From Xanthobacteraceae bacterium (GTDB lineage: Bacteria > Pseudomonadota > Alphaproteobacteria > Rhizobiales > Xanthobacteraceae): 64,000 nt of DNA. Positions 48,195 through 57,911 of the stretch are shown here, piece by piece. Where the stretch lies: NCBI GenBank assembly GCA_036502925.1, contig DASXXS010000190.1:1251-65250 (forward strand), read 5' to 3'. The position numbers were made by a program, and so were the translations under genes. Within the stretch, counting starts at the first letter, position 1. Each line of letters begins with the position of its first letter. The notes beneath the pieces are model-generated. The model was not told the DNA's origin. It saw only the letters and a list, made by a program, of their open reading frames with translations, and ran no database searches.

Positions 48195-48890
48195 ATGGAC
48201 GACATGGCTCTGCGGGAGAAGCTGGCGGATGCCGGCCGCATTCTCGAAAGCGAGGGGCAGGGCGACTATTGCATGGGGCACGTGACGCTGCGCGTGCCGG
48301 AGGATCCGGGCCGCATCCTGATGAAGGCGGGCGGCATGGGCCTTGAGGAAATGACGCCGGACAATATCGTCACCATCAACATCGAGGGCGAGAAGGTGGC
48401 CGGTACCCACCAGCGCCACAACGAGGTCTTCATCCACACGGAGATCATGCGCGTGCGCCCCGACATCCAGTCGGTCGTGCACACCCATGCGCCGTATTCG
48501 GTGATCTTCTCCTCGCTCGGCAAGCCGCTGCAACCCGTGGGACATCCCGGGGCGGCGTTTTCCGATGGATTGCCGGTCTTTTCCGAGACCACCGATCTGA
48601 TCGTCAGCCAGCCGCTCGGCAAGGCGGTGGCGCGCTGCCTCGATCGGCATCAGGCGCTGTTGCTGCGCAACCACGGCATTGTCACGGCCGGCCGCACGCT
48701 CGAAGAGGCGATCTATCTCGCACTGGTGCTGGAGAAGGCCTGCTGGATGCAGCTGGTCGCCGAGTCGGCCGGCGGCGCCAGGCTGGTGACATCTCCCGAA
48801 GAGGCCAAGGCCAAGAAGCGGATCACCCGCGCCGAGAATCAAATCAACCTGTTCAACTACATGGTGAGGCGGGTGGCGCGTCAGCGCTGA
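48195..48890 (+). CDS. Class II aldolase/adducin family protein
   Basis: Start MDDMALREKLADAGRIL (GGAAGGA 8 nt upstream). His ligands in FIHTEIMRVRPDIQSVVHTHAPY, and LLRNHGIVTAG. Confidence 0.85.
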   Translation: MDDMALREKLADAGRILESEGQGDYCMGHVTLRVPEDPGRILMKAGGMGLEEMTPDNIVTINIEGEKVAGTHQRHNEVFIHTEIMRVRPDIQSVVHTHAPYSVIFSSLGKPLQPVGHPGAAFSDGLPVFSETTDLIVSQPLGKAVARCLDRHQALLLRNHGIVTAGRTLEEAIYLALVLEKACWMQLVAESAGGARLVTSPEEAKAKKRITRAENQINLFNYMVRRVARQR

Positions 48891-49088
48891 TGGGGCAAGA
48901 TGCCGCCGGCTCCGGGCCGTTCTCATGCCGCGCTGTCCTTGAGGCCGAAGAAACGCCGTGATAATCGCAGTCCTTGACGCGTTCTGGTTGCGATCGTTTT
49001 TCGATCAGATCAAAGCAACCGCCCAACACGTCGGGAGATTGTGCGCCCCGCGTGCGGGCGAACCGCCAGAACCGAGGAGCGAAATCAG

Positions 49089-50117
49089 ATGAGCTTGGCG
49101 CGACGGATGCTTTGGACGGCGCTTGCGCTCTGCCTCACGGCGGGGCTTGCGCCCGCGCTGCGCGCGCAATCGGTCGCCGACTTCTATCGCGGCAAGACGC
49201 TGCACGTGCTCATCGGCTACGGCGAGGGCGGCGGCTATGACATCTATGGCCGGCTGTTCGCCGAGTTCATGCCGCGGCATCTGCCCGGCAATCCGACCAT
49301 CATCCCGCAGAACATGCCGGGCGCCGGCAGCTTCAAGGCCGTCAACTACCTCTACGAGGTCGCCCCCAAGGACGGCACCTATTTCGGCAGCGTCGCGCAA
49401 ACTTTGGCGGTCGATGCGGTGACCGACGAGAAGAGCACCACCGATCCGACGCGGCTGCCTTATCTCGGCCGCTTCACCACCAATATCGATCTCGGGGTGG
49501 CGCTCAAGCGCACCGGCATCAAATCGTTCGAGGACGCCCGCCGGCGCGAGATCATCACCGGCACCAGCGGCGGCGGCTCGACCACGGTGATCTACCCGCT
49601 GGCGCTCAATGCCTATGCGGGGGCGAAGTTCAAGTTGGTGAAGGGATACAAGGGCACCAACGAGATCATGCTGGCGGCCGAGCGCGGCGAGGTCGAGCTG
49701 GTGTCGGCGGTCGGGATTCCCGGCCTGCTGGCCGCCCACCCGGACTGGATCAAGGGCGATGGCGCCGTGATCCTCTATCAGAATGCCCTCAAGCGGCATC
49801 CGTTGTTGCCGCAGGTGCCCACCCTGCCGGAGCTCGGCCTCAGCGAAGAAGGCCGCGCGGTGCTGCGCGCCATCGCCGGCACCGCCGAGATCGGCCGCTC
49901 GATCCTGACCACGCCGGGCGTCCCGGCGGAGCGGCTCGCGGCGCTGCGCACCGCGTTCCAGGCTATGCTCAAGGATCCCGATTTCCTCGCCGCTTGCGAC
50001 AAGCGCAACGTCACCATCGAGCCGGCGACCGGCGAGGAGATGGACGCGATCACGCAGGAAACGGTGCGCATGCCCAAGCCGGTGATCGCGGCGCTGGGCA
50101 AGCTGCTCAAGGAATAA
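49089..50117 (+). CDS. Periplasmic solute-binding protein, distant Bug/TctC-like
   Basis: Start MSLARRMLWTALALCLTAGLAPALRAQ (GAGGAG upstream). LHVLIGYGEGGGYDIYGR resembles the Bug PxxAGGxxD loop. Confidence 0.75.
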   Translation: MSLARRMLWTALALCLTAGLAPALRAQSVADFYRGKTLHVLIGYGEGGGYDIYGRLFAEFMPRHLPGNPTIIPQNMPGAGSFKAVNYLYEVAPKDGTYFGSVAQTLAVDAVTDEKSTTDPTRLPYLGRFTTNIDLGVALKRTGIKSFEDARRREIITGTSGGGSTTVIYPLALNAYAGAKFKLVKGYKGTNEIMLAAERGEVELVSAVGIPGLLAAHPDWIKGDGAVILYQNALKRHPLLPQVPTLPELGLSEEGRAVLRAIAGTAEIGRSILTTPGVPAERLAALRTAFQAMLKDPDFLAACDKRNVTIEPATGEEMDAITQETVRMPKPVIAALGKLLKE

Positions 50118-50124
50118 GCCAAGC

Positions 50125-51000
50125 TCACTCGATCGACCAGGGCATGCTGTCGCGGCCGGGCCGATAGTTCATGGCGGCCTGCGCCGGGTCGCGGTTGACC
50201 AGCGCCCGCGCGTACATCGGATGCCGCATGCTGCGCACCTCGTGCTCGACCGTGAACAGCACGCGGGCGGTATCGAGATCGACGATGTCCTTGAAGCGGT
50301 ACTGGTGCTGGCTGCTCTCTTCGGTAACGAGGCCGAGCGCCTGCAGGCGATGGTGCGGGCCGGAGAAATCCGCCACGTCGATCTGCACGTGATGGCCGTC
50401 ATAGGCGCGCTCGGGTGCGTCGGTCTCGCGGAAGATGAAATGTTGATTGGCCCCCACCATGACGCGGGCGCGCCGGCCGTTACCGTCATCGATGAGATCG
50501 GCCGGAGCCGCCAGGACCTCGCGATAGAAGCGGGCGATCCCCGCGGCGGCGCCGGGGCGGACGTCGAAGCCGACATAGGCCATGCCGAGCGCGACCGGGC
50601 CGAAGCGCTCCGGGTCCGGGGCGTGACAATGGATGCGGTTGCCCCAGGGCGAGACCGTCTCGACGCCATCGTTGCTTTCGCGGAAATCGAAGCCGGTTCC
50701 CGCCAGCGGCTTGCGCACCCTGGCGAGCCGTTCCAGCAGGGCCGCGCGGTCCGGCACGACCAGGCCGGTGACCCCGCGCAGCACCTCGATCCGGCCGGTC
50801 GGCAGATGGAACTGGCTCTGCCCGACATTGATCCACATGTTGTCGATGCCGGTATTGATGAAGGGATCGCGGGTGAGGCCGAGCCCGGTCACGTAGAACA
50901 GCGTCGACAACCGCTGCTTGGGGACCGCGGTGTTGACGTGGCCGAGACCGACGATATTGCCGACATCCTCGGCCGCTCGATCATAGCGGCGTTCTTCCAT
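50125..51000 (-). CDS. Hypothetical protein, possibly tandem VOC/glyoxalase-fold
   Basis: Start MEERRYDRAAEDVGNIVGLGHVNTAVP. A second module lies around HHVQIDVADFSGPHHRLQALGL. The fold call is only pattern-based. Confidence 0.65.
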   Translation of the reverse strand: MEERRYDRAAEDVGNIVGLGHVNTAVPKQRLSTLFYVTGLGLTRDPFINTGIDNMWINVGQSQFHLPTGRIEVLRGVTGLVVPDRAALLERLARVRKPLAGTGFDFRESNDGVETVSPWGNRIHCHAPDPERFGPVALGMAYVGFDVRPGAAAGIARFYREVLAAPADLIDDGNGRRARVMVGANQHFIFRETDAPERAYDGHHVQIDVADFSGPHHRLQALGLVTEESSQHQYRFKDIVDLDTARVLFTVEHEVRSMRHPMYARALVNRDPAQAAMNYRPGRDSMPWSIE

Positions 51001-51196
51001 GGCGCTGTCCTCAACAATGAAGCAAATGCTAGCAGCATTCCTCACCGTAACGAAACGCATTGTCACGGCACCCCAGAGCATCATGACAACCGACTTCTTG
51101 AATGTTACAACAATTCTTGGTGACCGGGGCGACGTTGCAATCAAGCAGCCCGCGGCATTGGGGGTGAGGAATCAAGTGCTCGAACCGAACAACTCG

Positions 51197-52270
51197 ATGC
51201 GCCGCGCGCGGAGACCGCCGATCGTCGCTGCATGTTTCTTCCTTGCCGGCCTGGCGCTCGGGCTTGCCGCCCGGCCCGACGGCGCCGCTGCCGCCGAGGC
51301 CGCGCAGGTGCGGATCGGGATCGCCCGCACCATGAGCGATGTCGGCTATTACGTGGCCGATGCCATGGGCTATTTTCGCGACGAGGGCATCGACGTCATC
51401 CTGACGCCGTTCAATTCCGCGGCCCAGATGATGGCGCCGCTCGGCGTCGGCGATCTCGATGTCGGCGGCGGCACGGTGTCGGCCGGCTTCTACAATTCCA
51501 TCGCCCGCGGCATCGCCACCAGGATCGTGGCCGATCAGGCCTCCATGAAGCCCGGTTACGGATATTCCTCCCTGATGGTGCGCAAGGACCTCCTCGACTC
51601 CGGCCGCTACAAGACGCTTGCCGATCTCAAGGGCATGAAGGTCGCGATCGGGGCGCCCGGCACCGGCACGGCTTCCGCGCTCAACCAAACGCTCAAGATG
51701 GGTGGGCTCAAATACGGCGACGTGGAGGTGGTCTATCTCGGCTTTCCCGAGCATCTGCCGGCCTTTCTCAACAAAGGAATCGATGCCGCCATCAGCAACG
51801 AACCGACCATGACGCTCGAGATCGAGCAGGGCGCCGCGGTGCGCATCGTCGGCAATGACGTCACCTATCCGGACCAGCAGACGGCGGTCGTGTTCTATTC
51901 CGAACGCTTCATCAAGAGCCGGCACGATGTGGCCGAGCGCTTCATGCGCGCTTATCTTCGCGGCATTCGCCTGTACAACGACGCACTCAAGGACGGCCGG
52001 CTGGCGGGGCCGGCGGCCGATAAGATCATCCCGATTCTGACCAAATACACCTCGACCAAGGATGCAGCCATGTTCAGGCGCATCATCCCGAGCGCGGTCA
52101 ATCCAAACGGCGAGGTGAATATCGCCGGTCTCAAACGCGATCTCGATTTCTTCCGCGAGCTCGGCCTGATCGAGAGCAAGGAAGTCAGCGCCGACGGCGT
52201 GGTGGATGGTTCGTTCGTGAAGGCCGCGGTCGCTCAATTGGGGCCGTATGAGGCGGCCACCGGGCCGTAG
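51197..52270 (+). CDS. NMT1/THI5-like (NitT/TauT-type) ABC substrate-binding protein, orphan
   Basis: Start MRRARRPPIVAACFFLAGLALGLAA. The VRIGIARTMSDVGYYVADAMGYFRDEGIDV pattern. No permease or ATPase gene is adjacent. Confidence 0.8.
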   Translation: MRRARRPPIVAACFFLAGLALGLAARPDGAAAAEAAQVRIGIARTMSDVGYYVADAMGYFRDEGIDVILTPFNSAAQMMAPLGVGDLDVGGGTVSAGFYNSIARGIATRIVADQASMKPGYGYSSLMVRKDLLDSGRYKTLADLKGMKVAIGAPGTGTASALNQTLKMGGLKYGDVEVVYLGFPEHLPAFLNKGIDAAISNEPTMTLEIEQGAAVRIVGNDVTYPDQQTAVVFYSERFIKSRHDVAERFMRAYLRGIRLYNDALKDGRLAGPAADKIIPILTKYTSTKDAAMFRRIIPSAVNPNGEVNIAGLKRDLDFFRELGLIESKEVSADGVVDGSFVKAAVAQLGPYEAATGP

Positions 52271-52305
52271 CGGAGCTGTCGCGCTTCAAATCGTCGGACG
52301 GGCCG

Positions 52306-52677
52306 CTACCCGCGTCGCGCGGGCGTCCAGGTATACTCGGCGATTTCCGGGCTCGATTGGGTGCCGTTCGCGCGGCTTGATTCGTCGCCGGCAAAATAGG
52401 CGCCAAATCCAAAATCCCCATCCGGCGTGCCGGTCATGAAGCCGGCCCATTGCATGTAGCCCTGCACGCAAGCCGCGCTTTGCTGGTCGGCGGTGTGCTC
52501 GGGGGCGGAGAGACCGCGGACGTCTCCGGCGTCTTTGTCCGCTTGCTTGCGGGCAACTGCGCGGCCCCGGATGTCGGCAGCCGGCTTGCTATGAGTGGCC
52601 GGTCCGAGCGCGGGCTCCTGGGCGCGGGCCGCGATCTTCACCGAAGGCTTGCTGCCGCTCTGCGACATGAACATCAT
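52306..52677 (-). CDS. Hypothetical protein, disordered N-terminal half
   Basis: GC3-rich codon use on this strand. No family recognised. Start uncertain (52677, 52674 or 52668). Confidence 0.45.
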   Translation of the reverse strand: MMFMSQSGSKPSVKIAARAQEPALGPATHSKPAADIRGRAVARKQADKDAGDVRGLSAPEHTADQQSAACVQGYMQWAGFMTGTPDGDFGFGAYFAGDESSRANGTQSSPEIAEYTWTPARRG

Positions 52678-52881
52678 CTCAAGCCGCCGCAAATCGGCCC
52701 CCCTGGAGATGCAAATTACTATAAAAACACCGTAATGTAACGCGAAATTTATTATTATGATACATAAAGGTTATTGTTGCCCGCTGCAAAACTCGCTTCG
52801 AAGGGGCAGCCCGGTTCTTGCACGAGGATCAGCCCGCAAATTGCTCCCTGCGGGTCGTCCGAGCGTCAGCTCAGCTCCCCG

Positions 52882-53343
52882 TCACGCCGCCTCGAACACG
52901 GGGGCGATGCCGAAGACGCCGCGCCAAACCTCGCTAAAGCGCTCCTGCGCGGCCGGTCCTTGGAAATCCACCAGCAGCTCGACATGTCGGAACGCCACGT
53001 GCCCGAGCTGACCGGCATACTCAAGTGCGTACCGCCACGTCACGGTCATGCCGGGAAGGCCGTAGGTCTCCCAGCGGCAGTAGGTTGGGAGATCAGAGGT
53101 TTCGGTACACTCCCTCTGTTCGATGCGAGCGCCCATGACCCCGGTGCCGCGCTTGCCCTTCCGAACGCGCTGGATATCGTCTTCGCTCTCGTCGGTTATC
53201 TCCGCCGCCGCCAGCCCCAGGCCGCCGACTTCACGGAAGAGGGTTTCAAAGAACGTTTGAGGACCGACCGTTGCACAGATATCGTCCCAGTCGCTCGAGT
53301 TTGGCTCATGCAGCCCGCCTTCGGTCAAACGCACGAGGGTCAT
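52882..53343 (-). CDS. Hypothetical cytoplasmic protein (153 aa)
   Basis: Start MTLVRLTEGGLHEPNSSDWDDICATV. GC is lower than the surroundings and the gene is flanked by an AT-rich spacer. No family recognised. Confidence 0.5.
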   Translation of the reverse strand: MTLVRLTEGGLHEPNSSDWDDICATVGPQTFFETLFREVGGLGLAAAEITDESEDDIQRVRKGKRGTGVMGARIEQRECTETSDLPTYCRWETYGLPGMTVTWRYALEYAGQLGHVAFRHVELLVDFQGPAAQERFSEVWRGVFGIAPVFEAA

Positions 53344-53468
53344 ATAGACACCACCCCTATCGCCACGCCACCAAGCGGATACTATCCTGAATACATGCAG
53401 GTCGTTTACCGGATTCCTAGTGCAACCAAAGAGCACCGCATCTGCGACGGTCAGGCCGCCGGGGCGCT

Positions 53469-54377
53469 ATGATCAAAAGCCGGATGTTGATGACCTTGCT
53501 GCTGGCTCTTGGCGTTGCGGCGTGCGGAGCGGCTACCGGCGAGAAGGTCAGCTTTTCCCCCATGGGCCCGCCCGATACGCCCGGCGCGGTGGTGCCCGCC
53601 GCGGTGTCCGGCACGCTCAGTTTTCCGCAAAACGCTTCAGGGCGGGTTCCGGCCGTGGTAATCGCGCATGCCGCTGCAGGCCTGACGCCGGAAGGGCCGG
53701 AGTCGGATTATGTCGCCGCGCTCAACGCCGCCGGCATGGCTACGCTGGTGATCGATATGTGGACGCCGCGGCATGTGCCCGCCGGGCCGCCCGCATTTGG
53801 CGGCGACGGCGGCAGCGATCGCCGGCCACGCGTGATCGGCGATACGCTGCCCGACGCGTTCGGCGCCCTCAAGTTTCTGGCCGAGCAGCCGGCGATCGAT
53901 CCGCGTCGTATCGGCATCATGGGGTTTTCCTGGGGCGCCATGCTGAGCGTCTTTGCGATGTCCGAACCGGCGGCCGAGCGCGCGCTCGGCTCCGATCTGC
54001 GCTTTGCGGCGCATTCGGCGCACTACTTTGTTTGCTCCTATTTCCTTGCGGGGGGCCCGATGGCGTCGGCGACGACGGCGAAGTGGACCGGTGCGCCGCT
54101 GCAGCTGCAGGTCGGCGGACAGGATGACTACGACAGCGCCGACGGCGGCGCTTCCTGCCGCCGGCTGGTCGAGAAATTGCCGCCCGACAAGCAGCACCGG
54201 GTCGAGCTCATCGTGTACCCGGAAGCGACGCATGCGTGGGAGGAGAAGCTGCCGCGCGCAATCAGCTTTGACGATCCACGCATTCGACGCAGCGTTCGGA
54301 TCATCCCTGATGCCGCAACTTCGGCCCAGGCGCGCGCGGCCACGGTTGCGTTCTTCAAGAACGCCCTGGGTTCTTAG
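53469..54377 (+). CDS. Dienelactone hydrolase family alpha/beta hydrolase, lipoprotein
   Basis: Lipobox LALGVAAC. Nucleophile elbow GFSWG. Terminal ATHAWEE His region. Confidence 0.8.
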   Translation: MIKSRMLMTLLLALGVAACGAATGEKVSFSPMGPPDTPGAVVPAAVSGTLSFPQNASGRVPAVVIAHAAAGLTPEGPESDYVAALNAAGMATLVIDMWTPRHVPAGPPAFGGDGGSDRRPRVIGDTLPDAFGALKFLAEQPAIDPRRIGIMGFSWGAMLSVFAMSEPAAERALGSDLRFAAHSAHYFVCSYFLAGGPMASATTAKWTGAPLQLQVGGQDDYDSADGGASCRRLVEKLPPDKQHRVELIVYPEATHAWEEKLPRAISFDDPRIRRSVRIIPDAATSAQARAATVAFFKNALGS

Positions 54378-54446
54378 ATCGAAGGGCCCCCATCCGGCGC
54401 CGCCGCGGGGGATGGGGCCCGCGACGGCGCCTTCACATCTGGCGCG

Positions 54447-55493
54447 TCACTTCGCCAGATAGTTGCGATGCACCCAGGCGCTTGCCGGCGCGGCGGCGGG
54501 TTTTGCTTCCATGAACAACGTCTTCGCGCTCTCGCGCATTTCGATGCTGCCTCCGGACCCGGCATTCTTCTCGACGCTCGGCACGCCGCGCGGGCTTGCG
54601 AGGAAGCCGCTCGCTTCCGCGACCGGCGGCGCCGGCGCGGCGGCGCCGTTGCGCTCGCCCAGCGCTTCGGTGGCGCTGGCGCGCAACAGCTTGGGCCACA
54701 TCTTCCGGAACAGTCCGTTCGAGGGATAGATATCGGCGCTGTTGAGCTTGCCGTTGACCGCGAATATGTAGCCCACGACGTCGTCGTCCTTTTCGCCCAG
54801 CGGCTGCAGCGCCTTGACGTATTCCGCCTGGGCGCGCTCGAGGCCGCCATTCTCCAGCGCCAGCTGCAGGCTGGTGCGGGACGGCGGCGCGGCGACCGGG
54901 GCGCCGAGATGGCTCGATAGCTTGCCTTGGATCTCCGTGACGCTCTTCCAGATCTCGCGCTGGCGTTGGCTCACGCTCCGGGCGTCGGCGCCGTCGATTT
55001 GCGGCAGTGCCGTTCCCGCCATCTCGATCTTGGCCGCGCGCGAGGGCAGCGACGCATTCGCGCTCGAGAACTTCGCCGCGTCCTCGCCGCCGCGCGCCGA
55101 CCAGCGGCCCTGCTCGACGCAGAACGACGCGATCTCGAGCGGCCCCGAGTGGGGTTTCAGCAGCAGACTCACGCTGAGCACGCGGTCCTGCTGCCCGCCC
55201 TTCACGATATCGCCGGATTGAATGAATATCTCTTCGCTGCCGGTGTTCTCGACCTGCAGCTCGTTGACCTGGCCGATCTCGCGCACCTCGATGGTCTTCT
55301 TGGCGAGCGCCTCGGCCAGGGTCAGCGGCACGGGGCCGCTGCGGGATTTGCCGTGCACGAAATAGATCGCAAGGTTGCCGTGGACCGCCGGACCGGACAG
55401 GCGATAGTCGTCGCCCGGCTCGGCATTCGCGTTGCTGCCGGCAAGCTGAACCAGGCAGAGCGAGAGGGCGGCCAGCAGATTCCATGTCGTCAT
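54447..55493 (-). CDS. Secreted DUF6569/ARPP-1-like protein
   Basis: AGGAG Shine-Dalgarno 6 nt upstream. Signal peptide MTTWNLLAALSLCLVQLAGSNANA. LTLAEALAKKTIEVREIGQVNELQVENTGSEEIFIQSGDIVKGGQQDRVLSVSLLL...FCVEQGRW matches my recollection of that family. Confidence 0.75.
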   Translation of the reverse strand: MTTWNLLAALSLCLVQLAGSNANAEPGDDYRLSGPAVHGNLAIYFVHGKSRSGPVPLTLAEALAKKTIEVREIGQVNELQVENTGSEEIFIQSGDIVKGGQQDRVLSVSLLLKPHSGPLEIASFCVEQGRWSARGGEDAAKFSSANASLPSRAAKIEMAGTALPQIDGADARSVSQRQREIWKSVTEIQGKLSSHLGAPVAAPPSRTSLQLALENGGLERAQAEYVKALQPLGEKDDDVVGYIFAVNGKLNSADIYPSNGLFRKMWPKLLRASATEALGERNGAAAPAPPVAEASGFLASPRGVPSVEKNAGSGGSIEMRESAKTLFMEAKPAAAPASAWVHRNYLAK

Positions 55494-55699
55494 CAGACAC
55501 TCCTGATTGCGCGCATTGCGCTTCGGCGCATTTCGGGTAACGGGTTGCGGTCGTCCGACCGGATGCGCCGCGGTCGGCCGGCAAACGGGTTAGACGGGCA
55601 GGTCATGATTTTCGGCAGCGGCGTCCTGAAAAATAGAAACACTTGTAATCTTCAACAAATTGCCCGTTACTGTCGCGATCGGGCCCCAATAGGTTCTCC

Positions 55700-56800
55700 G
55701 TGACCGCACCTTTAGATCCAGACAAAGCGCTGCTGGCGGCCGCCTTGCGGGGCGCCGCCGGGGCGGCCGAGGATTTGCTGCGCTCCCTTGCCGATCTGGT
55801 CTGGAGCGCGTGCGGCCGGGTGACACGCGCCGGAGCGGACACCGAAGCGGCCTTCCGCGAGGTCATGGCGGGCCTTGCCGCAAACGGATTTTCACGGCTC
55901 AAGGACTATGACGGACGCGCGCGCGTTAAAGTCTATGTCGCGCTCGTGGTTCGCGACCTCTTGCTGGAGCGCGTCATCAATTTGCTCGTGCTCGATGCGC
56001 CGCGCGGGTGGCAGGCGTTCGAGGCGTTCTTCGGCGACGACATGCGGCGCATGATCGAACGGGCATTGCCCGGCACCGCCAACCGGCAGAACCGCGAGGA
56101 CGCCTACCAGTCAGTCTGCGAAGCCCTGCTGAGGAATAATCTCCAGCGGCTGCGCGCCTATTCGGGGCGCGGCAGCCTCTCGGGTTTTGTGCTGCACATC
56201 ACCGAGAACCTGGTCATCGATTTCGCCCGCACCGTCATTCCGCGCCGCCGGCTGCCGGCCGCGATCCAGCGCCTGGCGGCGCTCGACCAGTCGGTCTTCC
56301 GGCTCATCTACTGGGACCGGCTCAATGCCGATCCCGCGATCCTGCTCGCGCATCTGTCGCGGTCCGGCGAGGCGCCGCCGAGCGTGACGGCGGTCGCCGA
56401 GGCGATCGGCCGGGTTCGCCAGGCGCTCCCGGCCGGTTACTACGCGCAGCCGCGCGGTGACGGCCAGATGGTCGCGCTCTCGGCGGCCGAGGATTTCGCG
56501 CTGGCGGGAGGATCGCAAGATTTTCGCGTGCCGACGCCGGAGGACAAGCTGGTCGAGGGCGAGGCTGCGGTGCTCCTGGAACAGGCGCTCGAGGCGCTGC
56601 AGCAGGTGCTTCCCGGGCTTGCGGTCGGGGAACGATTATATCTGCAACTGGCGCTGTCAGGTGCGCCTGCGCGCGAGATCGCGCGTTTGCTCTGCCTGCC
56701 GGCCGAGGACGTTCACAAGCTCGCTCAGAAGCTCAAGCGGCGATTGCGCGACCAGCTCGGCGATGCGGATGTGGTGAAAAGATGGAGGCTGTCCGTCTAA
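55700..56800 (+). CDS. Oversized ECF-like sigma-70 family protein (366 aa)
   Basis: GTG start. Sigma2-like NREDAYQSVCEALLRNNLQRLRAYSGRGSLSGFVLHITENLVIDFAR. Sigma4-like LPGLAVGERLYLQLALSGAPAREIARLLCLPAEDVHKLAQKLKRRLRDQL. There are also extra sigma2-like (residues ~10-95) and sigma4-like (~184-243) segments. Confidence 0.7.
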   Translation: MTAPLDPDKALLAAALRGAAGAAEDLLRSLADLVWSACGRVTRAGADTEAAFREVMAGLAANGFSRLKDYDGRARVKVYVALVVRDLLLERVINLLVLDAPRGWQAFEAFFGDDMRRMIERALPGTANRQNREDAYQSVCEALLRNNLQRLRAYSGRGSLSGFVLHITENLVIDFARTVIPRRRLPAAIQRLAALDQSVFRLIYWDRLNADPAILLAHLSRSGEAPPSVTAVAEAIGRVRQALPAGYYAQPRGDGQMVALSAAEDFALAGGSQDFRVPTPEDKLVEGEAAVLLEQALEALQQVLPGLAVGERLYLQLALSGAPAREIARLLCLPAEDVHKLAQKLKRRLRDQLGDADVVKRWRLSV

Positions 56801-57909
56801 TCGAAGGACAGGAGGGTTTGACGTTGGACAAGAATGAGATAGCGGCGTTGCTTGAGTCTCTGTGCGAGCGCCCCTTCCAGGGTGATCAGGAATGGCCAGC
56901 GTCCGCCATGCAGGCTTTCGCGCACCGCGTTGAGCGGGCGCTGTCGGACGCCGAGCAATCCGCTTCCTTGGCGGGCCAACCAGAGACGCAAGCAGCCGAA
57001 TCGCACAAGGCCGACAACCTCGGCCAAAGCAGCGCCGGGCTCGCATCGATCCTGTCCGGGACCGCGACCCATGCGCAGTGCCATGAGTTTCAGGAGGCTG
57101 CCGGGACGTCGGGCGCGCTCCGCCTTGAGGCGCAATCGGCGCTGGCCTTTGTCGACGGCGTCGAGCAATCGCCGCGGGCCGCCCCCGCCTATCTGGTGGA
57201 GCAGGTTTTGGCGTGCGCCGGCCGCGCGCCCTCACGCTCGAGCCCTGGTATCTGGTCCCGCCTCTCCGGCAGCCGCTTGGGCAGGCGGCGCGGGCAGCTG
57301 GTAGCGGCTTGCGCCGTGATGCTCATGGCCGGTGGACTATCATGGTCGCTGCTGCGGGCGCCGGCGGAGTTGCCCGCGGACCACGCCGTCGTACCGGCGG
57401 CGATGAGCCCGGAAGAGGGGGTACCCGTCGGCGACAGCAGCCCGAAGCCCGCTCCGGCATCGGCTGCAACGCCGGCAGCTGCGCCGGCACCAGCATCGGT
57501 AGCCCCGGCGGCACTGGCGCCCGCACCGGGACCGGCAGTGTCACCACCGCCAGCCGCGCAGGCGCTCGCGGATCCCTGTGCGCCGGGCGGCTTCGCGACC
57601 GCTCAAGCCGGCGCGCCATCCAGAGTCGAACCCGAGGCCGCAAAGCCGGCACTCGACCGGCAGCCGAAAACCGCGGCTGCATCCGCGCCTGAGCCCGGTT
57701 GCTCGGTTAACGCCGGCGCCACCGAGGCCGGCCGCGACCCGCAAGCCGATGAGGGCGCGCTCCGCGCCGGCCGGCCGGCCGCCAAGACCGGCAGGTTCGA
57801 CCGCGATCCGGCCGCGGCGGCCACATCGGCCCCGGCCGCTCCCTATCCGGGTGCCGCGCGTCCCGCATCACCCGCCATGCGCCCAAGCGCGATCCCGCAA
57901 CCGCGTTAG
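56782..57909 (+). CDS. Single-pass membrane protein with a Pro/Ala-rich tail; putative anti-sigma factor
   Basis: Its ATG overlaps the sigma gene's stop by 19 nt. TM helix LVAACAVMLMAGGLSWSLL around residue 185. The C-terminal 170 aa are low-complexity P/A. No HxxxCxxC motif. Confidence 0.6.
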   Translation: MEAVRLIEGQEGLTLDKNEIAALLESLCERPFQGDQEWPASAMQAFAHRVERALSDAEQSASLAGQPETQAAESHKADNLGQSSAGLASILSGTATHAQCHEFQEAAGTSGALRLEAQSALAFVDGVEQSPRAAPAYLVEQVLACAGRAPSRSSPGIWSRLSGSRLGRRRGQLVAACAVMLMAGGLSWSLLRAPAELPADHAVVPAAMSPEEGVPVGDSSPKPAPASAATPAAAPAPASVAPAALAPAPGPAVSPPPAAQALADPCAPGGFATAQAGAPSRVEPEAAKPALDRQPKTAAASAPEPGCSVNAGATEAGRDPQADEGALRAGRPAAKTGRFDRDPAAAATSAPAAPYPGAARPASPAMRPSAIPQPR

Positions 57910-57911
57910 AG

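Noticed and set aside
51001-51196. TPP riboswitch upstream of the NMT1/THI5-like binding protein
   Set aside because: I could not find the conserved CUGAGA and ACCUGAUCUGGAUAAUGCCAGCG-type elements in either orientation.
55537-55670. Shared 8-mer CCCGTTAC upstream of both divergent genes (DUF6569-like and sigma) as a candidate ECF promoter element
   Set aside because: By my rough estimate, the expected number of chance inverted 8-mer matches within a ~200-bp spacer is about 0.3. No common -35-like block sits at a consistent distance.
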